Below, in pieces: positions 43,651-52,098 of a stretch of DNA of 53,722 bases. The notes under the pieces were generated by a model that saw nothing but the letters and a program-made list of their open reading frames with translations, ran no database searches and had not been told where the DNA came from. The stretch is from a virus. Numbering within the stretch: position 1 is the stretch's first letter; the number at the start of each line of letters is the position of its first letter. Location of the stretch: positions 1-53,722 of the IMG/VR virus record IMGVR_UViG_3300020227_000034. One strand, given 5' to 3'. A program made the translations under genes and the position numbers.

Positions 43651-46589
43651 CCCTTATTCAATATATTCTGACGTTCTTTTTCGGTCATCTTTTTAAACTG
43701 TTGATACTGCTCGTGCCATTTATGAGTGGTCCTATAAGAGTTACCAGCCGTACCATCATAGATCAAGTCCATGTCTACCAGTGCACTGATAATATCACGT
43801 GCCTCTTCGGTATCCATACCCAACCCTTCTTCCAAGTTTTTAGATGTCCAGTTCTTAGCTTTACGACCGTCAATATACTTGGACTCTTTTTGGTGGGTAA
43901 CAAACCACAGCATGATTTCTTCTTTCTGTTTGTCGGTCACTCTATGACGTGATTGTTCTTCTTGTGCTAGGCCCCAATAATCGAAGGCTGGTTTCTTAAA
44001 TAACTCGTCAACAAACTCGGCAATGAACTCTACATGTTCTGGTTTGACTATTACCTTTTCCATCTCTTCATCGGTACTAAATAATCTAGCAGCACATGCA
44101 ACTGACATCCTTGCTAGTTTGATACGTAACGAGTTTTGCTCAAAAATAGGTATACTACATTCGTACCTATCACCTAGGATACTCGCCTGCCGGAGTATGG
44201 TCTTTACTGCTTCGGGTTCGAAATAGACTTTGTCGTTGTCCTGAGATAGACGTCCTCTAGCATTCCTACTCCAGGTCCACAAAATCAACTGTTGACACAA
44301 TTCGCTGGTATATGTTTGAGGCTCTCTTGGTTTGTCATCCAGGACTTGGTTGATTACTTCTTCAGGGACCTCATCCTTACTGACACCCATAGCGAAATCA
44401 AATCTAGCAATGTCCTCTGCTTGGTTGACTAGGTCTTTAACTGAACGGACACCGTAATCGAAATCCTTCAGCATCTTGCCACCCCTAGGGTTGGACATCC
44501 ATATGGCTCTTGTTCTGGCATATGCTTGACCCTGTTTGGCTTTATTGATTTCTACTACCCCACGTGAACGCATACCTGATAGCTCACCAAACATATCTTT
44601 GTCTAATCCGGATGCCTCATCAATGATTAATAGCTTGCGGTCATTCATTGGGAATTTACCCCATGTAATCATCCACTGACCACCATTCTTCGTTTCTACT
44701 GTACCAGTCAAACCAGTGACGCGTGTACCTTCACCTTCGAACATATCACCTTGTTGGTAGTACCGTGCTAAGTACTCGGCCGTCTCTGACTTACCAGTAC
44801 GTGGGTCACCAATAACTAGCATATCAATCCAACCCCTGTGTAGTAGCTTTCTATTAAAGTGGAAACGTAAAACAGAATGGTAAGCTAAGTCGTAAGCTAT
44901 AATCAAGTCACGTCTACCCCATATTTGAGTCCATAACTCTAGGTCAGCAGCAATCTCATACATTTTATCTTTAACCGATTGACCTTCTGCAGGTTGAAAT
45001 ACTTTGAGGCGTTCAAGCTCTTCCTTAGTTGGGTTGAACTTATCAAAGCTTTCTTGCACTGCTGTAGCTTCTAATATTAGATATGCAGCCGTACCATCAT
45101 TAGGACTAGTTGTTCTTAATGCATTAAATATATAGCTTCGGTTTGACTTAGCTGACATACCTTTTCTAGGATAAACATAATAAGCTGTCTGCGCATCCAA
45201 CTCGTCTTCTTTTATTTCATTACTGAACTTGGATATGTCCGGTGAAATATATAAGGTCTCGACGTTGTAAATCTCCTTCTCTTCTATCTTAGGTTTAGGA
45301 CACTTGGCAGGTACACCAATAGTTTGTTTAATTCGGTTCTCCCGTTGTTCATCATTAGCACCTATATAAGTTAAGACATCTCTAGTCCGGCCGAAATTGA
45401 AGTCGTACCCTTCCTTGATTTGTTCTTGTGTTAAAGACGCTAGTATACAACCCTGGCACTGTTTGTTTTCTGGGTCGTAAGATTTACAGGATACATTAAC
45501 TTGCTTAGGAGAAGAATATGGTTGAGCCTCCCTACCTTGAACTCTAGCTTCTATTCGTACACCAGTGTTATTATACCCTGGGTCATTAGTAGCTTCGGTC
45601 AAAGTAGTCTCTGTAAATTCTAGGTCATCCAAATTCTCTTGTTCCTGCTCTTCTAATTTACGTTCCACTGCAGGTACAAACTTCTTGCCTTTTTTGAGTA
45701 CCTCCCGTTGGAAGTCTGAATACTCTTTACCTCCCTTCATTATGTAATCAGTAAAGTCCCAACCCTCTTTTGGTATGGAGGTGACATAAATGTCTTTGGC
45801 ATACTCTTTTAAAGCATTACCAACCCGGTTTGCACCATCACGACCTGCGTTATCTGAGTCATAACAAATAAAGACTATCTTGTTTGTAAACCAATGACCT
45901 ACTTCCTTCGGCCATTGACCTGCTCCACCTGTTTGTGTTACGGCCGGGATGTTATGTTGTCTTGCTAATACAGTATCAGGTTCGCCCTCAAATATTACAA
46001 CCCAACCTGAATTCCAAAAAGTATTATCTAGAGGCCATATCATTGATTTAGTATAGGCACCCTTCATATTGGTGAATTTAGCCTTCTTAGCACCCATCTT
46101 GTATCTTCTTATATTAATTACATCGCCTCTAGCTGAATACACAGGGAATGTATATCTGTTGTTAGCCGATTCATATCCGATTTGAAACTCTGATATGGAT
46201 TCTAGGTTAATTCCCCGTTTGTCAATAAATGTAGCTAATGCTTCTTCACTGTTAAGTAGCTCTTGATGTAAATCATTTACAATTGTCTTATCTATTGGTA
46301 TTCCCAACTGTCCAGTGTTTTCATACTTAGCCTTAAACGATAGGGCATCCTTCAATGGGATATCAAACCACTCAGTCATCCAATCAGCAATGTGCCCCCC
46401 TCCGTTGACACCGGCATCACATGCTTGACATTTCCATCGTCCTGTATATAAGTTAATGTACATGGAAGGATTTGAATCATTATGAAAAGGGCATTTAATG
46501 GGCAGCTCTCCGTCATCAGGCATATTAGTTATATCAATGAATCGGGAGTAAAAATCTCTGTAGTCAATATTCTCTTCCGACATACCCAT
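43647..46589 (-). CDS. DNA primase (CHC2 zinc finger + TOPRIM) fused to an MCM-like AAA+ helicase
   Basis: 980 aa. CPFHNDSNPSMYINLYTGRWKCQAC is a CHC2 finger. EGEPD...YDSDNAGRDG is TOPRIM. GDPRTGKSE (Walker A), IIDEASGLDKDM (Walker B), WMSNPRGG (sensor 1) and ARFDF (Arg finger) parallel the MCM motifs GDPGxxKSQ, IDEFDKM, AAANP and SRFDL. Confidence 0.8.
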   Translation of the reverse strand: MGMSEENIDYRDFYSRFIDITNMPDDGELPIKCPFHNDSNPSMYINLYTGRWKCQACDAGVNGGGHIADWMTEWFDIPLKDALSFKAKYENTGQLGIPIDKTIVNDLHQELLNSEEALATFIDKRGINLESISEFQIGYESANNRYTFPVYSARGDVINIRRYKMGAKKAKFTNMKGAYTKSMIWPLDNTFWNSGWVVIFEGEPDTVLARQHNIPAVTQTGGAGQWPKEVGHWFTNKIVFICYDSDNAGRDGANRVGNALKEYAKDIYVTSIPKEGWDFTDYIMKGGKEYSDFQREVLKKGKKFVPAVERKLEEQEQENLDDLEFTETTLTEATNDPGYNNTGVRIEARVQGREAQPYSSPKQVNVSCKSYDPENKQCQGCILASLTQEQIKEGYDFNFGRTRDVLTYIGANDEQRENRIKQTIGVPAKCPKPKIEEKEIYNVETLYISPDISKFSNEIKEDELDAQTAYYVYPRKGMSAKSNRSYIFNALRTTSPNDGTAAYLILEATAVQESFDKFNPTKEELERLKVFQPAEGQSVKDKMYEIAADLELWTQIWGRRDLIIAYDLAYHSVLRFHFNRKLLHRGWIDMLVIGDPRTGKSETAEYLARYYQQGDMFEGEGTRVTGLTGTVETKNGGQWMITWGKFPMNDRKLLIIDEASGLDKDMFGELSGMRSRGVVEINKAKQGQAYARTRAIWMSNPRGGKMLKDFDYGVRSVKDLVNQAEDIARFDFAMGVSKDEVPEEVINQVLDDKPREPQTYTSELCQQLILWTWSRNARGRLSQDNDKVYFEPEAVKTILRQASILGDRYECSIPIFEQNSLRIKLARMSVACAARLFSTDEEMEKVIVKPEHVEFIAEFVDELFKKPAFDYWGLAQEEQSRHRVTDKQKEEIMLWFVTHQKESKYIDGRKAKNWTSKNLEEGLGMDTEEARDIISALVDMDLIYDGTAGNSYRTTHKWHEQYQQFKKMTEKERQNILNKG

Positions 46590-46595
46590 CCCCCT

Positions 46596-47195
46596 TTATT
46601 TTAGTGTTGGTTCTTTATCGTCAAAGTATTCACCATAAGCTAAACAATCATCACACTCCCATTTACCGTCAGGGTAAATAACAATATCAGAAACCCCGCA
46701 GTCTGGGTTAATACATTTATCTGGTGGTCCGAATTCGCCTGCCGAGGTTGGTTCATTGATTGGCGCCTCCGCCCCGTGTTGTTCCGCCTGTAATTCATCT
46801 ATCCAGGAAGTGTCTGCTACTATCTCTTTTGGTGTTGTGTTAGCTTTCATTTTATCTTCATATTCAGTGATGATACTCTTCTTACGTTTTGGTAAATGCT
46901 CACCGTATTCCACTTTAATATCACCATCAAATAAATCCTCTACAAAGCGATAAATGATTCTCTTTAAATTCGCTGTAGAGTCTTCCTCCAACTCTTCCAC
47001 TTTCGTTTTGTCAAAGAAGAAGGTCATTGCTATATAGTCAGGCTCTTCTTGGTGGCCCATAGAACGTAACTGCCTAACATATTGTGACACCCTGGAGGGT
47101 GTGGTTCCTAGTTCTTCTGCTATATCTTTCTGACTCATTCCTTCTGCTAACAACTCTGTCACATATTCAAGTTTATCTAAAGTGGTTTGCCTCAT
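46596..47195 (-). CDS. HTH (sigma-70 region 4 / LuxR-like) DNA-binding protein with a C-terminal zinc ribbon
   Basis: 199 aa. LAEGMSQKDIAEELGTTPSRVSQYVRQL is a classic HTH. C-terminal CINPDC...CDDC. Directly downstream of the box-containing regulatory region and promoter 47220..47248. Confidence 0.65.
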   Translation of the reverse strand: MRQTTLDKLEYVTELLAEGMSQKDIAEELGTTPSRVSQYVRQLRSMGHQEEPDYIAMTFFFDKTKVEELEEDSTANLKRIIYRFVEDLFDGDIKVEYGEHLPKRKKSIITEYEDKMKANTTPKEIVADTSWIDELQAEQHGAEAPINEPTSAGEFGPPDKCINPDCGVSDIVIYPDGKWECDDCLAYGEYFDDKEPTLK

Positions 47196-47219
47196 ACAAT
47201 ATCTCCTCCTCTATTAATA

Positions 47220-47248
47220 ATTATAATGGAGTAGAGGCTAAATATCAA
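47220..47248 (-). promoter_or_regulatory. Promoter TTGATA-N17-TATAAT for the HTH/primase-helicase operon
   Basis: Minus strand reads ATTCACTTTTTTgcaTTGATAtttagcctctactccatTATAAT. An AGTGAAT box abuts the -35. Confidence 0.65.
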
Positions 47249-47251
47249 TGC

Positions 47252-47272
47252 AAAAAAGTGAATTTAAGTTAC
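47252..47272 (+). promoter_or_regulatory. AAAAAAGTGAATTTAAGT box abutting the -35 of promoter 47220..47248
   Basis: 20 of 21 nt identical to 25560..25580 (aaaaaagtgaatttaagt[t/a]ac). Confidence 0.6.
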
Positions 47273-47403
47273 GTCTATTATATGTATAAATGTAAAATAT
47301 AGCTATATATCAAAAACAATATTCAAGTAATGTTTCTAGCAAGTTTTATAGAAAAAAGTTAATTATAATAAATTTTTAAAGATACATAGGCTTCCCCTCT
47401 TTA

Positions 47404-47432
47404 AGTATAACATAGAAGTATAAATAAATCAA
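47404..47432 (-). promoter_or_regulatory. Promoter TTGATT-N17-TATACT inside the 47.2-47.7 kb non-coding region
   Basis: Minus strand reads ctgTTGATTtatttatacttctatgtTATACTtaaagaGGGGAAG. The same GGGGAAG follows the -10 of promoter 25728..25756. Confidence 0.45.
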
Positions 47433-47532
47433 CAGTCCCTTACATACATTTAACAATACAAAGAAACATTACAAAAACATTAGTTTTGACTTAGTAGGAT
47501 TTGTGTTTTAGTTCCTTAAAACCAGAGGACGT

Positions 47533-47565
47533 AAAAATTCACTTTTGTAAAGAAAATTCACAAAA
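47533..47565 (-). promoter_or_regulatory. Two tandem boxes (AAAAGTGAAT and the variant TTTTGTGAAT on the minus strand)
   Basis: Plus strand reads aaaaATTCACTtttgtaaagaaaATTCACAaaa. Confidence 0.5.
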
Positions 47566-47605
47566 CCAAGGACTAATTGCACTTAAAGAAACTTGAATCT
47601 TTTTT

Positions 47606-47616
47606 GAAGTGAATAT
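47606..47616 (+). promoter_or_regulatory. AGTGAAT box
   Basis: gaAGTGAATat. Confidence 0.4.
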
Positions 47617-47669
47617 GTATTTTTTAACAAAATAATAGCATGAGAGGTTGAAATATTGCAAAAACTTAA

Positions 47670-47701
47670 AACAACAAAAAGAAAACCCTCCGGAGAGGGT
47701 T
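47670..47701 (-). terminator. Intrinsic terminator after the SSB-like gene
   Basis: Minus RNA: AACCCUC-uccg-GAGGGUU, then UUCUUUUUGUUGUUUU. Confidence 0.8.
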
Positions 47702-47708
47702 AACTTAA

Positions 47709-48170
47709 TTATTCATCATCTTCGTCGTCATCATCCATGCTGAATGGTAGGTCATCATCACTTAATTCAGGTACATCATCTACACCTAGGAATTTAGGGT
47801 CTGGAGCTAATACCTTTTTAACTCTATCGCGAGTCTCGCCTTCATACACTTCATGACCAATAAGAATTTGACAAGGTTTACCAGCTAAGTCATCCAAATC
47901 CAATTCGAACTGTCCATCCAAACCTTCTACACCTAAGTTCTTCAGAATACCTTTAACATTCCATAATGCTTGTGGCTGCAATGATGCATTTAAGAATGCT
48001 CTGCGGTTGTTGAACCCTTCGTCTTGAATCTTGAATTGGAAGCTCAAATAAGGCTTACCTGCTTTTGATTCCTCTTCTGTAACCTCAAATACAGTAGCAT
48101 TATATTTTCCTTTTGGTAGAGGTTCGAAATCTCCGCCTTGTACACCTGTAAAATCTAAACTAATTCCCAT
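47709..48170 (-). CDS. DUF669-type single-stranded DNA-binding protein (putative)
   Basis: 153 aa, in the position next to the Sak4-like ATPase. Carries an SSB-tip-like DDDLPF motif near the C-terminus. Followed by terminator 47670..47701. Confidence 0.55.
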   Translation of the reverse strand: MGISLDFTGVQGGDFEPLPKGKYNATVFEVTEEESKAGKPYLSFQFKIQDEGFNNRRAFLNASLQPQALWNVKGILKNLGVEGLDGQFELDLDDLAGKPCQILIGHEVYEGETRDRVKKVLAPDPKFLGVDDVPELSDDDLPFSMDDDDEDDE

Positions 48171-48237
48171 TAATAAACACTCCTTAGTTTGTTTTGAGAG
48201 GCAAGGGTTATCTCACCTCTCCTAATCTATTATTATT

Positions 48238-48266
48238 ATTATACACTAGCCTAGCAAAAAGTTCAA
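48238..48266 (-). promoter_or_regulatory. Promoter TTGAAC-N17-TATAAT
   Basis: Minus strand reads agagTTGAACtttttgctaggctagtgTATAAT. Confidence 0.55.
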
Positions 48267-48269
48267 CTC

Positions 48270-49244
48270 TTATTTTTCGGTTGTTTTCTCCTCATCACCT
48301 AGGTCAATTCCCTTTTTGGTAGTCTCTGTTTTCTTAACTGGCTCTTGCTTTTTGGTAGTCGTAGTAGGTTTCTTTACCTTACCCTTACGTTTAGCTTCCC
48401 ACGCATCGATAATCTTACCTACGGTTGGCATTTTTAAACCAGCACCCAACGACTGTGTTCTATCTTTTAACATTTTATGCTTACCAAACGGACGTGTATA
48501 TAACTGGTTTTGGAATTTACCTTTATCATCATTACCTTCCAAATAACCAACGATGTCTACATACCCAGGAACTTCTCTTGCTAGTTTACCTGGTAGAGAT
48601 GGTAGCATCTGTATTTCACCAGTAGTTTCATCCTTGTCAGTTTGCAGGTGAACTAAAAAGATAGTATGCATTTTAAGAGAACGGAACTTACGTATCACCT
48701 GCCGAAGTTGATTACTTGACTTGCCCCACTCACGTACGGATGGCACGTCTGGGTCTCTATCAGGGTGTTCAGAGATTACATCATCCATCAAGCTGCTCAT
48801 GTTGACTTTTTGTAACTCTGTAAGCTGGTCAATTACTACTGACCGATACATTGGCGGTTCAAATTTAAGAGCTTCCTCTTTCTTCTCTACACCAAATAGG
48901 ACTGCTAGTTGCATACGAGCTTTCTTTTTCTCAGTAGCTTCCGTTTTATCATTAAAGAAGATATCGCGGTAATGTACATATTTATATAAGAAATCATACA
49001 GCTCGAGTATATCTTCGAAGCTCTGAATCTCAGTATAATCGACACCCATCTCTTCCAATGATAGTTTACCAGCTTCCACATCCGCAATTAGTACTTTACC
49101 TGTTTCAGGGTGCTTATCAGCAGACCCACCAAACATAGTCTTCCCTGCACCAGGCTCACCATAAACAATAATGTTTAACCAGTGTTGTGCTAGTTCCTGA
49201 ACATCCTTCTGGGACGTATTTTTAATTTTAATTTTCATTGCCAC
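48270..49244 (-). CDS. Sak4-like (AAA_24) recombination ATPase
   Basis: 324 aa with Walker A GEPGAGKT near the N-terminus and a Lys/Thr-rich C-terminal tail. Confidence 0.65.
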   Translation of the reverse strand: MAMKIKIKNTSQKDVQELAQHWLNIIVYGEPGAGKTMFGGSADKHPETGKVLIADVEAGKLSLEEMGVDYTEIQSFEDILELYDFLYKYVHYRDIFFNDKTEATEKKKARMQLAVLFGVEKKEEALKFEPPMYRSVVIDQLTELQKVNMSSLMDDVISEHPDRDPDVPSVREWGKSSNQLRQVIRKFRSLKMHTIFLVHLQTDKDETTGEIQMLPSLPGKLAREVPGYVDIVGYLEGNDDKGKFQNQLYTRPFGKHKMLKDRTQSLGAGLKMPTVGKIIDAWEAKRKGKVKKPTTTTKKQEPVKKTETTKKGIDLGDEEKTTEK

Positions 49245-49260
49245 TATAATCAGCTCCTTT

Positions 49261-50337
49261 TTATTTACCTACTTTTTCGTCAAACGTTTCTTCTTCAGCT
49301 TCCCTTGGTTCATACAACTCTTGTAGCATAGGTTCATAGTCTTCTCTGTTCTGTACCATCTGACAAACTTCTTTGAAGTCGCAATCCCAGCTGCAATCTC
49401 TCGTTGGATTCGGATAAAATGCTTCCGCTGATAACATATCAATCGCTTCATAAAAGACTTGCTCTTGAACACTAGTAATAGCCTCATGTGTACGACGTAC
49501 GAACTCACGACGGAAGAACTTATTACCCTTATTGTCCAGGTGATTCAATATGTCTGTGTAATCTGCAGGGTCAAAACCATTGTCTTTAATAGCTTGTAAG
49601 TATACATCATAGGTAGTATCAATGGATTTATTTTTAGATAACCCCTTCCCACTCTTTAATACAGTCGGTTTAGTAGGTTCTTTCTTACGAAGCCCATTGT
49701 AAATTACACCCTCAACTGGTATATTAAATAGATATTGCGCTGCCCAGATGTAAGAGCTAATCTGTTCATCCATATCTAAGATATTATCCCATGCTGAAAA
49801 GGACTTAGCTGTTTTATGTTCCAGTATCCAATAATGACCTAAGTCATCTTTTACGATGCCATCAAAACGTCCTTCATACACAACTGGTACTTCACCGCCA
49901 TGCTCTGGGTGCTCTACCATTAACTGCTCACCAGTATCAGGATTTGTTATTGGTAGACTGAACATTACCTCCATTTTATAAGGTTCAAAGTTGTCTTTGT
50001 CCTTACACCAAGAAGCATAATGCTCCAAAATCATTTCACCCTGTGCTTTGGTTTCGTTGAGTGCATCTAACTCCTCATCCCATACACCCACATCTTTTTT
50101 GATACGTTCGATTTCACCGTCAGCCCATTCTTGGAAGGCACCTAACAATGTGTTTTTACCTTCATAATACAACTGTAAGGCATGGTGAACTCCTGTACCT
50201 AACCAAAGTGTGTTGTTTGGTTTCTTCGGCTGCAATCCTCTTTGCAACTTGGATGTGAACGAATACTTCCTTCTACAACGCTTAAACACTTTCCTATCAC
50301 TTGTGTGGATAGCTATCCTATCCTGAAAGATTGCCAT
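49261..50337 (-). CDS. PD-(D/E)XK nuclease, Cas4/RecB-like, with an Fe-S cysteine cluster
   Basis: FDGIV...ILEHKTAK fits D...ExK. There is one N-terminal Cys plus C-terminal CSWDCDFKEVC. Start chosen at 50337 (RBS GAGGAGGAGG). The track start at 50412 lies inside promoter 50384..50412. Confidence 0.7.
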   Translation of the reverse strand: MAIFQDRIAIHTSDRKVFKRCRRKYSFTSKLQRGLQPKKPNNTLWLGTGVHHALQLYYEGKNTLLGAFQEWADGEIERIKKDVGVWDEELDALNETKAQGEMILEHYASWCKDKDNFEPYKMEVMFSLPITNPDTGEQLMVEHPEHGGEVPVVYEGRFDGIVKDDLGHYWILEHKTAKSFSAWDNILDMDEQISSYIWAAQYLFNIPVEGVIYNGLRKKEPTKPTVLKSGKGLSKNKSIDTTYDVYLQAIKDNGFDPADYTDILNHLDNKGNKFFRREFVRRTHEAITSVQEQVFYEAIDMLSAEAFYPNPTRDCSWDCDFKEVCQMVQNREDYEPMLQELYEPREAEEETFDEKVGK

Positions 50338-50383
50338 GAATAAACCTCCTCCTCTAAATTTATGTTTCCCTCTTACAATATTA

Positions 50384-50412
50384 ATTATATGGGATATTAG
50401 CTCAAAAGGCAA
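50384..50412 (-). promoter_or_regulatory. Promoter TTGCCT-N17-TATAAT
   Basis: Minus strand reads aagggTTGCCTtttgagctaatatcccaTATAAT. Confidence 0.6.
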
Positions 50413-50433
50413 CCCTTTAAATAGAAAAAGCCA

Positions 50434-52098
50434 CTACCCTTTTAGGCGGGCAATGACTTCTTCAATAGCGCTGGCTTCATCTATCAGGTCTTGTTTCTCC
50501 TGCAGGATGGTCTCGATGTGTTCTTCAATGGTATTCTCTGTTACTAGATGATAGATAAGTGGATTATTCTTTTGTCCCATTCTATCTACACGTGCAATAG
50601 CTTGCTCGTTATCTCCCGGCACGTAAGACTTGTCTGTAAATATTAATGAGCTAGCTGTTTGTAAGTTTAAACCTTCTGACATGGTCTTGATTGTACCTAA
50701 ACAAACCTTTATATTACTATTAGGGGCAGTAAATCGCTCCATAGCTAGTATTCTGTCTTCGCTGGAAACATCTCCATGAATACTAACACACGGTATGTTT
50801 TTGTGTCCAAACAGCTCTATCAGGTATTTTATAAATTTCTTATACCAGCTAAACACTATAATCTGGCCTTCAGTGTTCTCTATTATGTCTAGCAAGGTTT
50901 GGACTTTATTAGAACTCTCCTTCCCACCAACAATCGCAGGTGAAAGACATATCTGCCTTAGCTTAGCATATTGTGCTGATGTTGTTGGGGTTAAGAGAAT
51001 CTCGTCGTCTTCTAGAGTTGCCATCATGTCATCCTGTATTTGCTTATAAAGTTTTTTCTGATAAGGTGTCATCTGAATGTTGATAGTCTTGTGAATGATA
51101 TCTGGTAGCTCCGTTAGGACGTCTCTCTTTCGCCTTTGTATCAGGTACTTATTCATTAAATACTTGTAAGCCTTTAGATTCTTAGGACCAACTATATCTG
51201 GTGTTTGGCTATAAAAAGAATCCTCTGTTTCACAGAACCTATCTACAAAATGCCAATAGGATGTAAATCTATCTTTATCAATTAAACGTAGTAGTTGATA
51301 TACCTCATGGTGGTTATTATTAATCCAGGTACCCGTTACTAAAATAAGAGAATCATACTTCAGTTTCGAAGCACCTTCCGTAAGTTGTGTTTTACGTCCT
51401 TTTAATCTATGAGCTTCATCACAGATTACTACATCCCATTTAGTAGACCATAATTGTTTGAAAGTTCTGTCTCGGAGCATTTCATAGTTGATAATATTGA
51501 ACCTTTTCTCTTTAGCTAAGTTCTGGTTCATTTTCTCTTTCTTTTTATAAGTAGTATCCACTGGGATGATTTCATAAGATGGGTCCGTAGACCATTTATT
51601 TATTTCAGCTTTCCATGTACCCATTAAGGACTTACTACATACGATTAATACTTTGGATGCCCTCTTCATATCACAATAGGCAATAGATTCTAATGTCTTA
51701 CCAGTTCCTGGAGCATTACCAAGTATCAATCTATTCATATGCTTCATAGCATTAACATCGACACGCTGATACTTCCGTAACTTGTTGCTATACGGTATAT
51801 CTATGTCCACATCATCTAATGTTTTTAAACTAGCAATTTTCTTTGCATCAATTGCTTGTGCTTGGGCCCATGCTTTTACTTCTGAGCTTATTTCGGTCTG
51901 TTCCTTTTGTAACATCTTCTTGACCTGTAAAAATATAATCTCATCTCTGTTAAACCTCAATTTGTTTTTAGCTTTATTTAGATTGGTCCCAGGAATGTTA
52001 TTTTGTAATTTCTTCAGAATCTTTGATTCACCGGTAACACTAATCTTTTTGGACCCGTCGAATGATATCTGCAGAATGCTCACCTTTACCCTCCCCAA
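50434..52098 (-). CDS. SNF2-family helicase
   Basis: 554 aa. GTGKT (motif I), DEAH box VICDEAHRLKG, and motif VI QAIARVDRMGQ. The start is uncertain: TTG at 52098, or GTG at 52083 with RBS GGGGAGGG. Confidence 0.85.
   Translation of the reverse strand: MGRVKVSILQISFDGSKKISVTGESKILKKLQNNIPGTNLNKAKNKLRFNRDEIIFLQVKKMLQKEQTEISSEVKAWAQAQAIDAKKIASLKTLDDVDIDIPYSNKLRKYQRVDVNAMKHMNRLILGNAPGTGKTLESIAYCDMKRASKVLIVCSKSLMGTWKAEINKWSTDPSYEIIPVDTTYKKKEKMNQNLAKEKRFNIINYEMLRDRTFKQLWSTKWDVVICDEAHRLKGRKTQLTEGASKLKYDSLILVTGTWINNNHHEVYQLLRLIDKDRFTSYWHFVDRFCETEDSFYSQTPDIVGPKNLKAYKYLMNKYLIQRRKRDVLTELPDIIHKTINIQMTPYQKKLYKQIQDDMMATLEDDEILLTPTTSAQYAKLRQICLSPAIVGGKESSNKVQTLLDIIENTEGQIIVFSWYKKFIKYLIELFGHKNIPCVSIHGDVSSEDRILAMERFTAPNSNIKVCLGTIKTMSEGLNLQTASSLIFTDKSYVPGDNEQAIARVDRMGQKNNPLIYHLVTENTIEEHIETILQEKQDLIDEASAIEEVIARLKG

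Noticed and set aside
4215-44195. The one-mismatch variant CRCCTGCCGG, considered as part of the oriented 12-mer family.
   Set aside because: By eye it occurs about four times in the plus orientation but also at least twice in the opposite orientation (about 27365 and 28878). Its polarity is therefore weak, and it is mentioned only as context for the main motif.
46596-47195. The HTH protein plus upstream operator-like boxes, considered as a lysogeny (CI/Cro) switch.
   Set aside because: I found no integrase, excisionase or divergently transcribed partner gene anywhere, and all genes are co-oriented. A transcriptional regulator of a virulent phage is more consistent with the layout.
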